IMG/VR virus record: IMGVR_UViG_3300009709_000006
Coordinates: 1 to 55,703 of that record
Length of the DNA stretch: 55,703 nt
Reading direction: 5' to 3' (one strand)
Source: a virus
Part shown: one piece after another, positions 7,649 to 16,021 of the stretch
How positions within the stretch are numbered: position 1 is the stretch's first letter
How the letters are laid out: each line of letters opens with the position of its first letter
The notes under the pieces: model-generated
Told to the model about the DNA's origin: nothing
Seen by the model: only the letters and a program-made list of their open reading frames with translations
Databases searched by the model: none
Position numbers and translations under genes: made by a program

Positions 7649-7879
7649 ATGGTCAGAAACTTCTCAGACATCATCGACGCGCTTGGCGGCCCGGCCGCTT
7701 TCGCACACGCGATCGGCATGACGCCCAACGCCGCAAAGCGCGCCAAGGCTCGTGACTCGATTTCTTCCGCATGGTTCACCGCCATCGTTGCTGCGGCGGA
7801 AAAGTCCAATCGTGGTGACATCACGCTTGAGCGAATGGCCGAACTGGCGGCTGAGCGCCGTCAAGCGAGCGCCGCCTGA
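7649..7879 (+). CDS. Cro-like small DNA-binding protein
   Basis: 76 aa, divergent from the repressor. The pattern IIDALGGPAAFAHAIGMTPNAAKRAKARDSI is like YdaS/Cro-type HTH proteins. Confidence 0.6.
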   Translation: MVRNFSDIIDALGGPAAFAHAIGMTPNAAKRAKARDSISSAWFTAIVAAAEKSNRGDITLERMAELAAERRQASAA

Positions 7880-8466
7880 TGCGCTACCCCTCGAATACAG
7901 CAGCGGAGACGCGGCCGAACTGCCAAGCGCCAGAAGCTTGTGTCGCCAAGGGCGCAGGTCATTGCAGATCGTGTCATTTATCCTCCGTCGCCAAGACCCT
8001 GCACGCCGACCCTGAGTTCAAGGCGAAGACCGCAGAGCGCATGAGAGCGCTGCACGCCGACCCTGAGTTCAAGGCGAAGGCCGCAGAGCGCATGAGAGCG
8101 CTGCACGCCGACCCTGAGTTCAAGGCGAAAACCGCAGAGCGCATGAGAGCGCTGCACGCCGACCCTGAGTTCAAGGCGAAAACCGCAGAGCGCAGTCGCG
8201 AGCGCATGAAAGCGCTGAACGCCGACCCTGAGTTCAAGGCGAAAACCGCAGAGCGCATGAGAGCGCTGCACGCCGACCCTGAGTTCAAGGCGAAGGCCGC
8301 AGAGCGCAGTCGCGAGCGCATGAAAGCGCTGAACGCCGAAAAAATCAAGAGACTTGGTCTTCGTGATGAAGAAGTAAGTGATTGGCGCATATTCAAAGCT
8401 AAAGGCCTTTCAAGCCTTGAAGCGGCAGAAATCGTTATTGCGTCGCGTCGCGAGCGCGCTGCATGA
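7879..8466 (+). CDS. Tandem-repeat protein (17-21-aa LHADPEFKAK[TA]AERMRA units), NUMOD3-like DNA-binding repeats (tentative), in cII position
   Basis: ORF track. TGATG coupling to cro. It has an N-terminal Cys cluster (CQAPEAC...CRSC) and six near-identical repeat units. Confidence 0.65.
   Translation: MRYPSNTAAETRPNCQAPEACVAKGAGHCRSCHLSSVAKTLHADPEFKAKTAERMRALHADPEFKAKAAERMRALHADPEFKAKTAERMRALHADPEFKAKTAERSRERMKALNADPEFKAKTAERMRALHADPEFKAKAAERSRERMKALNAEKIKRLGLRDEEVSDWRIFKAKGLSSLEAAEIVIASRRERAA
7999..8340. repeat. 51/63-bp tandem repeat, about 6.2 copies, near-identical
   Basis: Units start at 7999, 8050, 8101, 8152 (63 bp), 8215 and 8266 (63 bp), with a partial unit at 8329. They differ by a few substitutions and a 12-bp AGTCGCGAGCGC insertion. 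Confidence 0.95.
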
Positions 8467-8470
8467 TGCG

Positions 8471-8788
8471 CTACCCCTTGGCCGTATCGTCGATCAGCCC
8501 TTCCGCCATCATGTGGGCCTGCACCCGCATGACGGCGGCGGCGTGCAAGCGGTTCTTGCGCAGCTCGTTTTCGGCGTCCGGGTCGGCGCTGCGCAGCCGT
8601 GAGACGGAGCCGAGGGATTCGAGCTGGTCGGCGGCGCGGAGTCCGCGTTGGATCATCCGCGCTCGATCTCGCTTGGGAAGCGCTTGGAGAAAGATCGCCG
8701 CCCATTCTGTGAGCACAAGCATTTCCGCCGATGGAACCGGCAAGCGCTCTTCGATTTCCGACAGGTTCTTTCGACCCCGGTTTGGCAT
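8471..8788 (-). CDS. Hypothetical protein, leftward-oriented in the rightward early region
   Basis: ORF track 8471-8821. The ATG at 8788 has a GGGGA SD 7 nt upstream. It is convergent with the repeat gene. Confidence 0.5.
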   Translation of the reverse strand: MPNRGRKNLSEIEERLPVPSAEMLVLTEWAAIFLQALPKRDRARMIQRGLRAADQLESLGSVSRLRSADPDAENELRKNRLHAAAVMRVQAHMMAEGLIDDTAKG

Positions 8789-8917
8789 AGGAAATTCCCC
8801 ATCTTTCCTTAGGGTGTTCACCCTCGCGAAAGTGAATACCTGTCACAATCATTTGTCCATTCCTGTTGACATACGAATTAAGTATACGCCGCGCGCCGCC
8901 CTGACCTGGGTGGTCGC

Positions 8918-9229
8918 ATGATCCCCGACGTCGCCCAGATCGCTTTAGGCGCTATCGCTGGACTGTTCGTGGCTGGCGTCGCCCACCGCAACGGGTATCG
9001 CCGCGGCTATGAGCGCGGTTACGAGGGCGCCTTGGCTGTCGAGATCGCGCACCGCGTCAATGCTCGCCGCCAGGCCCGCGAGGAAGCCGGCCAAAGCCTC
9101 GCCAAGCGTGACGAACCCGCAGTCGCACCCGTGCCCATGCGGACAGACGGTTTCCTCAACTATCCCGCCGGGATCGTCGCTCATCATGGCGACGAACTCG
9201 TCTTCCAGATTCCAGGGTTCGATCCATGA
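8918..9229 (+). CDS. Hypothetical protein with N-terminal transmembrane segment
   Basis: The plus frame is strongly GC3-rich when read codon by codon. N-terminus is IALGAIAGLFVAGVA. The longer antisense ORF 8945-9442 was rejected. Confidence 0.6.
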   Translation: MIPDVAQIALGAIAGLFVAGVAHRNGYRRGYERGYEGALAVEIAHRVNARRQAREEAGQSLAKRDEPAVAPVPMRTDGFLNYPAGIVAHHGDELVFQIPGFDP

Positions 9230-9452
9230 GTTCGGCTTTGGGGGAATCTTCAGCTCTGATGTTCGGTCGGCCGGGGGTTGGTTCCCCCGCTGATTATCGT
9301 TCGCCGCAATCGGGTTGCCGCCCGGTTTGCGGTAATCACATCGTCCAGGGCAGTAATCACTCTCAACCAGTAAACAAAACGACGCTTCGTCGCCTGCCTT
9401 TTCATGTATCCGGCGCATCCCGCGTCTCCGTGTCCAAGTCACGAGGTGGACT

Positions 9453-9860
9453 ATGACGGAGATGATTGTGGGAATATCGTATAAGAAAGTTCGAAATTCG
9501 ACATTGACATTAGGCGCCGCAAATGCGTGGGCCGCCTATGTTCGGCGTCGCTGGCCGACGAACACTTTAGCCCAAATTCAGTCCGAGTGGGATTTGTCCG
9601 AAAGTCAAGCGCGGACACTTCTCTACGCGAACGGCAGTTTACGCACGTTCGATCAAATTCTGAACCATAAAAACGGCGGCCCATCGCTGGCGCTGAAGAT
9701 ATGGGAAATCCGGTTTGAAGTCACGCTTGAGCAATACATAGAACAGCAAGCGGAGAACGCCCGAAATGAGCGCGCCAAATTTGAAGCCCGCGAGCAATAT
9801 CTTGCGCGTCTTCAGTCTCGCGTTTCTGACGACAGTCGCTTGGAGCGGCTCGATGCTTAG
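9453..9860 (+). CDS. Hypothetical protein (C-terminal coiled coil)
   Basis: ORF track. A GAGGTGGA SD lies upstream. Confidence 0.6.
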   Translation: MTEMIVGISYKKVRNSTLTLGAANAWAAYVRRRWPTNTLAQIQSEWDLSESQARTLLYANGSLRTFDQILNHKNGGPSLALKIWEIRFEVTLEQYIEQQAENARNERAKFEAREQYLARLQSRVSDDSRLERLDA

Positions 9861-9923
9861 TAAGCTTGGGCCAACTGGCCAAGACATGCGCGAGTGGGCG
9901 CTGAAGCGGATGGAGAAGATTGC

Positions 9924-10253
9924 ATGAGACCGATCACAGACGTTTTGCGCGACATCCGAAAGGGCCGCGCTGTGCAGGCGATGAGTGAGGACTTGGCCGA
10001 AGTGGTCAAGGCCGTCCTCGACACTGCCAAGCCTGGCGAGCTCAAGATTACGCTCACCATTAAGCCGCAGGGCAAAAACGACAACGCGGTTATCGTTGGC
10101 GTGAAGTGCGCCACAAAGATTCCGCGCATCGACCTGCCCGACGCGTTGTTTTTCGCCGACTTGGACGGCGACCTTCTGCGCGACGATCCCACACAAACCC
10201 GAATGTTCGCCGAAGCGGTCGATCCCCGCACCGGCGAAATCCTCGCGTCTTAA
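9924..10253 (+). CDS. Hypothetical protein (commonly precedes DUF2303-type genes)
   Basis: ORF track 9894-10253. The ATG at 9924 is preceded by a GGAG. Confidence 0.55.
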   Translation: MRPITDVLRDIRKGRAVQAMSEDLAEVVKAVLDTAKPGELKITLTIKPQGKNDNAVIVGVKCATKIPRIDLPDALFFADLDGDLLRDDPTQTRMFAEAVDPRTGEILAS

Positions 10254-10265
10254 GGAGACCGAACC

Positions 10266-11093
10266 ATGACAACCGAAGCTCAAGCCATCGCCGCCTTGGC
10301 GGACAAGGCGCGCACACCTAGCGCACCGCAAATCGTGGAGCTGAAGGACGGTCGCACGCTCCTGTTTCATGAGGACGATCTTATTCAGATCGACGTAAGC
10401 GACCCTGCGCGCGAGATTGAGCCGCCGCCGTACATCAAGCAGTCTGTTACGCTTCAGACTGTCGATTCCTTAGTGGAGTACGTCGAACGCCAGAAGCAGA
10501 TGCACACGTTGCTGTTTGCCGACATAAAAGACAGCACGATTTCGGCCATCATTGACTATCATGGCGCCAGCGACGGCGGTTTCTCCGGCCACGCCGATCT
10601 GCTCTTTCATCGCGCCAAACTCTCCCTGTCGTACTCGGAGGAGTGGACAACTTGGAAGGGCGCTCACAAGCGTCTAATGGGCCAACTGGAGTTCGCGCGC
10701 TTTATTGAGGAGAACGCAGCGGACATCTTCTCTCCATCCGGCGCCGATCTTCTGGAGGTTACGCGCGATCTCCACGCCCTGCGAAAGGTCAACTTCAAAA
10801 AAGCAGTTCGCACCGCGACTGAAAACGAAAGTTTTGAGTACAGCGATGAAACGGAGTTGAAAGGAAAGAACGCCGTCGAAGTTCCGACCAAGTTCTTGCT
10901 CTCGCTTCCAGTCTATTTTGGCGAAGCGCCGACGTCGATTTACGCCTTCTTGAGGTGGAAGCTCGATGACGGCAATCTGCAGCTCGGCATTGAGTTGCAT
11001 CGAATGGAAATCGTTCGGCAGTCCGTCTTTAAGCAGATCGTCGCCAACGTCGCGGAAGCTACGGGAAGGCCGGCTCTGTTCGGGTCTGTCTGA
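10266..11093 (+). CDS. DUF2303 (YfdQ)-family phage protein
   Basis: The pattern HRAKLSLSYSEEWTTW...MGQLEFARFIEENAADI.SPSGADLLEV...VPTKFLLSLPVYFGE...FLRWKL matches my recollection of DUF2303. Confidence 0.6.
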   Translation: MTTEAQAIAALADKARTPSAPQIVELKDGRTLLFHEDDLIQIDVSDPAREIEPPPYIKQSVTLQTVDSLVEYVERQKQMHTLLFADIKDSTISAIIDYHGASDGGFSGHADLLFHRAKLSLSYSEEWTTWKGAHKRLMGQLEFARFIEENAADIFSPSGADLLEVTRDLHALRKVNFKKAVRTATENESFEYSDETELKGKNAVEVPTKFLLSLPVYFGEAPTSIYAFLRWKLDDGNLQLGIELHRMEIVRQSVFKQIVANVAEATGRPALFGSV

Positions 11094-11094
11094 T

Positions 11095-11247
11095 ATGGCT
11101 CGCGCCGCCCGCTCTGAATTTGGCGATACCCAGGGTTCCGACGCGGCGGCGCGCGCCTTCCGTTTCTCTTCGCGACCTCAATGTCCGCATGACTCCAAAA
11201 CCTCAACTGAGACCGTATCGGTCCTGTTCCATGGAGCGCGCCCATGA
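11095..11247 (+). CDS. Possible small ORF, 50 aa
   Basis: It starts 1 nt after the DUF2303 stop and ends with an ATGA overlap onto the gcrA-like start. There is no other support. Confidence 0.25.
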   Translation: MARAARSEFGDTQGSDAAARAFRFSSRPQCPHDSKTSTETVSVLFHGARP

Positions 11248-11990
11248 GCCAAACCCCTAGCGCTTGGACGGATGAGATCCTTGAGGCCTTGAGGGTTGCT
11301 TGGTGCGTGAAGGGCCAATCCTCGTCTGAGATCGCACGCGATCTGAACCGGCGCTTCGGCACCAAATTCACGCGCAATTCCATCGTGGGAAAAACGCATC
11401 GCGTTGGCTTCGTGCAGGATTATCAGTTGCGGCCCAATTCTCCCACGAACCCCGGTCCGGTTGAGCGCCGGCTGAGGGCGCTTTGGCCCGAACCGATTTC
11501 GCTGGACAAGATTGCCCAAACCCTTGGGGCTGAATTCGGCGGCGAGTTCACGGCGGGCGCCGTTCGGCTCAAAGGTCTGCGCATGGGTTTGCCGGCGCGC
11601 CCACCTTATTGGGCGGTTGGGCCGAATGGGCCGAAGACGCCATCAAAACCTCGCGCGACCGCAGCGCCGAAGCCCGCAAAGCCTACGCCCGAGCCCCACA
11701 AGCCGCCGCCGGTCCTCACCGTCGTTCCGTCCGTCCCGCCGGTGCCTACGCCACCTTACGACGGCCCGACGCTGTCGATTATGGAGCTGGTCTCCACCTC
11801 CTGCAGATTTCCCGTGAGCGGCCATGGCGCCGAAACCCGCTTCTGCGGCGCCCCGCGTGGCGATGGACCATACTGCACCTGTCACGCTCGTATCGCCTAC
11901 ACCTGCGTCTCTCGACCGATCAAGCCGCCCTATGAGGCGACCGTCGTCACCACCAGCCGTGTGCGCGAACCAAAGCGGGCGAACGCATGA
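11244..11990 (+). CDS. gcrA: GcrA-like cell-cycle regulator homologue
   Basis: The N-terminus WTDEILEALRVAWCVKGQSSSEIARDLNRRFGTKFTRNSIVGKTHRVG, a Pro-rich linker, and the C-terminus CRFPV...FCGAPRGDGPYCTCHARIAY match the GcrA family architecture. Confidence 0.8.
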   Translation: MSQTPSAWTDEILEALRVAWCVKGQSSSEIARDLNRRFGTKFTRNSIVGKTHRVGFVQDYQLRPNSPTNPGPVERRLRALWPEPISLDKIAQTLGAEFGGEFTAGAVRLKGLRMGLPARPPYWAVGPNGPKTPSKPRATAAPKPAKPTPEPHKPPPVLTVVPSVPPVPTPPYDGPTLSIMELVSTSCRFPVSGHGAETRFCGAPRGDGPYCTCHARIAYTCVSRPIKPPYEATVVTTSRVREPKRANA

Positions 11991-12280
11991 GGCTCGCCCA
12001 TCTCCTCCGCAAAGACCCAGAACGCCTCTGCATCGCCAACGAAGAGCGAGCGATGCGGCGCCGTGATGAGCGCTTGGCTCGCGCCTGCCGGCCGAACGAC
12101 GGGCCGGAACGCTCCGCCCTCAGTAGCGCAGCCGACGCATACGCCGCGGCTCACGGAACGTTTGAGGCCTGGAACGTCCTCAACTTCATGGCCGCTCGGT
12201 TCGCGCCGCCGGTGCGGATCGAAACCACTGTCGCCCGTGCAAAAGCCGAGCGGCTGTTTAAGCGGGGAGGGCGGGGGTGA
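11987..12280 (+). CDS. Hypothetical protein
   Basis: ORF track. ATGA overlap with gcrA. Confidence 0.5.
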   Translation: MRLAHLLRKDPERLCIANEERAMRRRDERLARACRPNDGPERSALSSAADAYAAAHGTFEAWNVLNFMAARFAPPVRIETTVARAKAERLFKRGGRG

Positions 12281-12540
12281 TGCAGCTCGATCTATTTGCG
12301 CCGCGTCGTGCGCGCCCCATTTCCGTTCCCGAAAATCTGACGTGCGCCACCTGCATGGAGCTAGATCCGACACCGATCGATAGCGGGCTCCGCTATTGCT
12401 GGCGTCGTTGCACCTTCGAATGGCCAACGTCGCCGGCGTGCGCAAGGCACTTGGCCTCCGGACCGAGTTGGCGCCCATCCCGCAGTCAAAGGACTTCGCA
12501 GCCGGGATTCTCGCTCCTAGAAGGGAGGGAAGCGGCATGA
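12277..12540 (+). CDS. Hypothetical Cys-containing protein
   Basis: ORF track. Its start overlaps the upstream stop. Confidence 0.45.
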   Translation: MMQLDLFAPRRARPISVPENLTCATCMELDPTPIDSGLRYCWRRCTFEWPTSPACARHLASGPSWRPSRSQRTSQPGFSLLEGREAA

Positions 12541-12791
12541 CGCTGGCCTTCGAAAATTTTCTCCACTTCGGCGCGTTTGCACCAAGATTTGATGAGCAGC
12601 CTGTCATGGCGCGCTTCACGCCTGAAGAGCGAAAGAGATTTCAAGAACTCGCCGATGCTATCACCAATCTCCGCTTCGGCGGGGTTCTCACGGCGTCTCA
12701 AACGGATCGCGCGAGGAGCAGGCTCGCTAAGCTGATTTGGCAGGCCCTCAAAAGGAAGCCAGCAGCAACGCCTGCAGAGGTGGCCGCATGA
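12537..12791 (+). CDS. Hypothetical protein
   Basis: The internal ATG at 12537 of ORF 12396-12791 has a GGGAGGGA SD upstream and an ATGA overlap. Confidence 0.5.
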   Translation: MTLAFENFLHFGAFAPRFDEQPVMARFTPEERKRFQELADAITNLRFGGVLTASQTDRARSRLAKLIWQALKRKPAATPAEVAA

Positions 12792-12937
12792 ACCGCAAAC
12801 CTCTCTCAACCCACGCCGCTGAACTCCAAGCCCGATACGCCGCCCATCGCAAAGCCTATCGCGAGGCGAACGACCTTCCTAGCGGGAGGATGTCCAGGGG
12901 TGAGCTTCCGAAAATTGGCGAGGTGCGGCCGTCATGA
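12788..12937 (+). CDS. Small hypothetical protein, 49 aa
   Basis: ATGA overlaps at both ends keep the translationally coupled chain unbroken. Confidence 0.4.
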   Translation: MNRKPLSTHAAELQARYAAHRKAYREANDLPSGRMSRGELPKIGEVRPS

Positions 12938-13164
12938 TCTCAAATCCCTCCCGTCACCGCATTGCCGAACTGCCACCCTGCGATGGCTGCGGGCTGCTAG
13001 ACGCCGGCGCCTGGGGCTTCGGGCCGCCCGATTGGCATAGCGAACAAGCCTTCTGCGAGGACTGCACCCCTAGCCGTACAGGATCACTAGGTCTGCCTAG
13101 TGGCGGCGCTGGCGTTGTTGGGAGCCGGGCGGCGCAAGCCGATCTGTTCGGGGGCGCGCTGTGA
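12934..13164 (+). CDS. Hypothetical protein with CDGC...CEDC motif
   Basis: ORF track. It is coupled to the methyltransferase start. Confidence 0.5.
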   Translation: MISNPSRHRIAELPPCDGCGLLDAGAWGFGPPDWHSEQAFCEDCTPSRTGSLGLPSGGAGVVGSRAAQADLFGGAL

Positions 13165-14567
13165 GCAAAATCACGGTGCATCATGGCGATAGCCGCGAGG
13201 TGATCAAGAGCATTCCAGACTGCAGCATAGATGCCTGCGTCTGCGATCCGCCCTATGCGCTGGTTTCAATCTCCAAACGGTTCGGCAAAGAGGGCGCGGC
13301 GCCGGCCACGGGTAATGACGCGTACATGCGCGCGTCCGCTGGCTTTATGGGCAAGAATTGGGACACAGGCGAGACTGCGTTTGATCCGGCGTTCTGGGTC
13401 GAGGTTTTGCGAGTGATGAAGCCAGGCGCCCACCTGATCGCCTTCTCTGGTACTCGGACCTATCACCGCCTCGCCTGCGCCATTGAAGACGCTGGGTTTG
13501 AGATTCGCGACATGGTGGCCTGGATATATGGGTCAGGCTTTCCGAAATCGCACGACGTCGCAAAGTCGATTGACAGGACAGAATTAAACGTCATTCGCGG
13601 GCGAGCCGGGCGACAAGGCGCAAGTTTTGGCCAAGAATATGAGCGCACACCCAAAGGTGAGCCGATTTCGGAGAACGCGAAAATATGGGATGGCTGGGGT
13701 ACGGCCCTAAAGCCCGCGCTAGAGCCGATTGTTCTGGCGCGGAAAGCTTTGGATGGCACAGTCGCCAGCAACGTCTTAAAACACGGCACCGGTGCCATAA
13801 ACATCGCTACTTCTCGCATTGAAGGCGTGCCCACAGCTTGGGGGAACCGGACTGAAGGCAACGGTGGCTACAATTTACACAAGAGGATAGACATAGTTCC
13901 GCCCAGTGCCGTTGGCCGATGGCCAGCCAACGTCATACACGACGGATCGGATGAAGTTGTGGGCGCATTTCCGGTTGAGGCTGGAGGCGGCAAGCCAGGC
14001 AAGCCAGGCAAGCCAGGCAAGCCAGGCAAGCCAGGCAAGCCAGGCAAGCCAGGCAAGCCTGCTGTATCAGCTTTAGGCGAAGGTCTAGGGACTTCTGCCA
14101 TCGGTCACGATGATCGCGGATCGGCGGCGCGTTTCTTCTATTCGGCAAAGGCCGACTCTGTTGATCGGCTTGGGTCCAAACATCCGACCGTAAAACCGGT
14201 TGATCTGATGGGCTACCTTTGTCGCCTGGTCACGCCGCCCGGTGGAATAGTCCTAGATCCATTTGCCGGAAGCGGATCGACTGGAATCGCAGCGATGGGG
14301 CAGGGCTTTGAAGCTGTCCTAATTGAGCGAGAATCTGAGTACGTCGCAGACATAAACCGGCGCATTGCATGGGTGCGCGGACATGGGCGCTTAACGGCTC
14401 AGGAAATGGCCAAAGGGCCGGTTGAACCAATAGACGACTTACCTCTCTTCAGCCAGCCAACCAGCCAACCAGCCAACCACGACGACGCGGATCGGGACGG
14501 AAAATCTACGGCGTGTTCGCCGACGAATGCGCATCGGGCCGATGGGATTGAAATGGTGACGCCATGA
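13161..14567 (+). CDS. Beta-class N6-adenine/N4-cytosine DNA methyltransferase (CcrM/HinfI-like order of motifs) with internal (GKP)8 insertion
   Basis: N-terminal motif IV CVCDPPYA. C-terminal motif I VLDPFAGSGSTGIAA. FFYSAKA and KHPTVKP are typical of PF01555. Confidence 0.9.
   Translation: MSKITVHHGDSREVIKSIPDCSIDACVCDPPYALVSISKRFGKEGAAPATGNDAYMRASAGFMGKNWDTGETAFDPAFWVEVLRVMKPGAHLIAFSGTRTYHRLACAIEDAGFEIRDMVAWIYGSGFPKSHDVAKSIDRTELNVIRGRAGRQGASFGQEYERTPKGEPISENAKIWDGWGTALKPALEPIVLARKALDGTVASNVLKHGTGAINIATSRIEGVPTAWGNRTEGNGGYNLHKRIDIVPPSAVGRWPANVIHDGSDEVVGAFPVEAGGGKPGKPGKPGKPGKPGKPGKPGKPAVSALGEGLGTSAIGHDDRGSAARFFYSAKADSVDRLGSKHPTVKPVDLMGYLCRLVTPPGGIVLDPFAGSGSTGIAAMGQGFEAVLIERESEYVADINRRIAWVRGHGRLTAQEMAKGPVEPIDDLPLFSQPTSQPANHDDADRDGKSTACSPTNAHRADGIEMVTP
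13989..14060. repeat. 9-bp tandem repeat GGCAAGCCA x8 (last copy GGCAAGCCT), in frame (Gly-Lys-Pro)8
   Basis: Counted directly in the sequence. The antisense ORF shows (GLP)8. Confidence 0.95.
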
Positions 14568-16021
14568 CAGCCCAACCCCTATTCCGTCCTCAAGAACCTG
14601 TCTCCCCGCCAGGGCCATCAAGCCTGGAGGCCGAACAAGCGCTCTTGGGCTGCGTGCTCTTTGAGAACGAAACCTATCACCGCATTTCCTCGCTGGCCTC
14701 TGAGGCGTTTGCCGAGCCCCTTCACGGGCGCATGTGGGGGTTCATCTCAGCGCGGATCGACAAGAACCTTCTGGCCGACCCCATCGTCTTGATGGAGCGG
14801 TTTGGCGACGACCCCGCTATGAGGGAGCTTGGCGGCATTGGTTACTTGGCGGATTTGGTTGATCGAGCGCCGGCCGCCGCGAACGCCTACAGCTATGCGG
14901 AAACCATAAGAGACTGTCACGCCAGGCGCAATCTGATCGCCATCGCCGGCGAGATGCTGGAGCGTGCCAAAGCCGATCACGAGACGCCGGCGTCGGATCA
15001 GATCGTCGAAGCAGAGGCAGAGCTCTATCAGCTCGCCGAAACCGGATCGCAATCAACGCAAGGCTTCATCGACTTCGACCAAGCCCTGCAATCCGCCATG
15101 GATATGGCTGCGGCGGCCTACAGCCGGGGCGGACAACTGGTCGGGCTTTCGACAGGCCTGATCGACCTGGACCAGAAGCTGGGCGGCCTACACCCATCCG
15201 ACCTCCTGATCATCGCCGGTCGACCAAGCCAGGGCAAGACGGCTTTGGCCACGAACATCGCCTTTCACGCAGCGCGAGACGGTCGCGCGGTCGGGTTCTT
15301 CAGCCTCGAGATGAGCGCTGATCAGCTCGCGCTACGGATTGTCTCAGACCTATCAGGGATACCTGGGGACCGCATCCGTAAAGGCCAGATCGACGCCCGG
15401 GAGTTCGGGCTGATGACCGACGCCAGCCGCGAGGTAGCCCAAGCGCCGCTCTACATAGACGCCACGGGCGGCATCAGTATCGCGCACCTCACAGCCCGCG
15501 CTAGGCGGGCCAAGCGGCTCCACGGCCTATCCCTGATCGTTGTGGACTATCTCCAGCTCATCACGACCAAGGGCAAGCGCGAAGGCAACCGAACGCAGGA
15601 GGTTTCGGAAATCACCGCCGCCCTGAAGGCGCTGGCCAAGGAACTCAACCTTCCGATCATCGCGCTCAGCCAACTCTCCAGAGCAGTCGAGCAGCGCGAG
15701 GATAAGCGACCTCAACTCGCCGATCTAAGGGAGTCCGGCTCAATCGAGCAGGATGCCGACTGCGTCATGTTCGTCTACCGCGAGGCCTATTATCTTGGCC
15801 GCGCCGAACCGAAGCCGGGGACTGACAAGCACCTCACCTGGCAGAATGACATGGACGAAGCGCGCGGAAAAGCCGAGTTGATCATCGGTAAGCAGCGCCA
15901 TGGCCCCATCGGTACGGTCCATCTAAGCTTCAACGAAGACACCACCAAGTTCGGCAATCTGGCGCGGGAAGGGCGGTACGAGTTCGGCGCAGCACGGTCA
16001 CCGTACCGAGACGATGTCTAA
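14564..16021 (+). CDS. dnaB: Replicative DNA helicase DnaB
   Basis: LEAEQALLGCVL; Walker A GRPSQGKTALATNIA; FSLEMS; VVDYLQLI; LSQLSRAVEQREDKRPQLADLRESGSIEQDADCVMFVYRE. Confidence 0.95.
   Translation: MTAQPLFRPQEPVSPPGPSSLEAEQALLGCVLFENETYHRISSLASEAFAEPLHGRMWGFISARIDKNLLADPIVLMERFGDDPAMRELGGIGYLADLVDRAPAAANAYSYAETIRDCHARRNLIAIAGEMLERAKADHETPASDQIVEAEAELYQLAETGSQSTQGFIDFDQALQSAMDMAAAAYSRGGQLVGLSTGLIDLDQKLGGLHPSDLLIIAGRPSQGKTALATNIAFHAARDGRAVGFFSLEMSADQLALRIVSDLSGIPGDRIRKGQIDAREFGLMTDASREVAQAPLYIDATGGISIAHLTARARRAKRLHGLSLIVVDYLQLITTKGKREGNRTQEVSEITAALKALAKELNLPIIALSQLSRAVEQREDKRPQLADLRESGSIEQDADCVMFVYREAYYLGRAEPKPGTDKHLTWQNDMDEARGKAELIIGKQRHGPIGTVHLSFNEDTTKFGNLAREGRYEFGAARSPYRDDV

Noticed and set aside
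7974-8852. 292-aa minus-strand ORF across the 51-bp repeat array
   Set aside because: It is the antisense shadow of the plus-strand repeat gene: low-complexity Ser/Ala/Leu/Arg repeats, no start context, and it merges with the real minus gene only at 8471-8788.
8945-9442. 165-aa minus-strand ORF
   Set aside because: The plus-strand ORF 8918-9229 has clearly GC-rich third positions when read codon by codon. The minus ORF would fully overlap it.
9639-10370. 243-aa minus-strand ORF
   Set aside because: It is antisense to three coupled plus-strand genes, including the start of the DUF2303 gene, and has shadow-frame composition.
13868-14101. Collagen-like (GLP)8 minus-strand ORF
   Set aside because: It is the reverse complement of the (GKP)8 microsatellite inside the well-supported methyltransferase gene.
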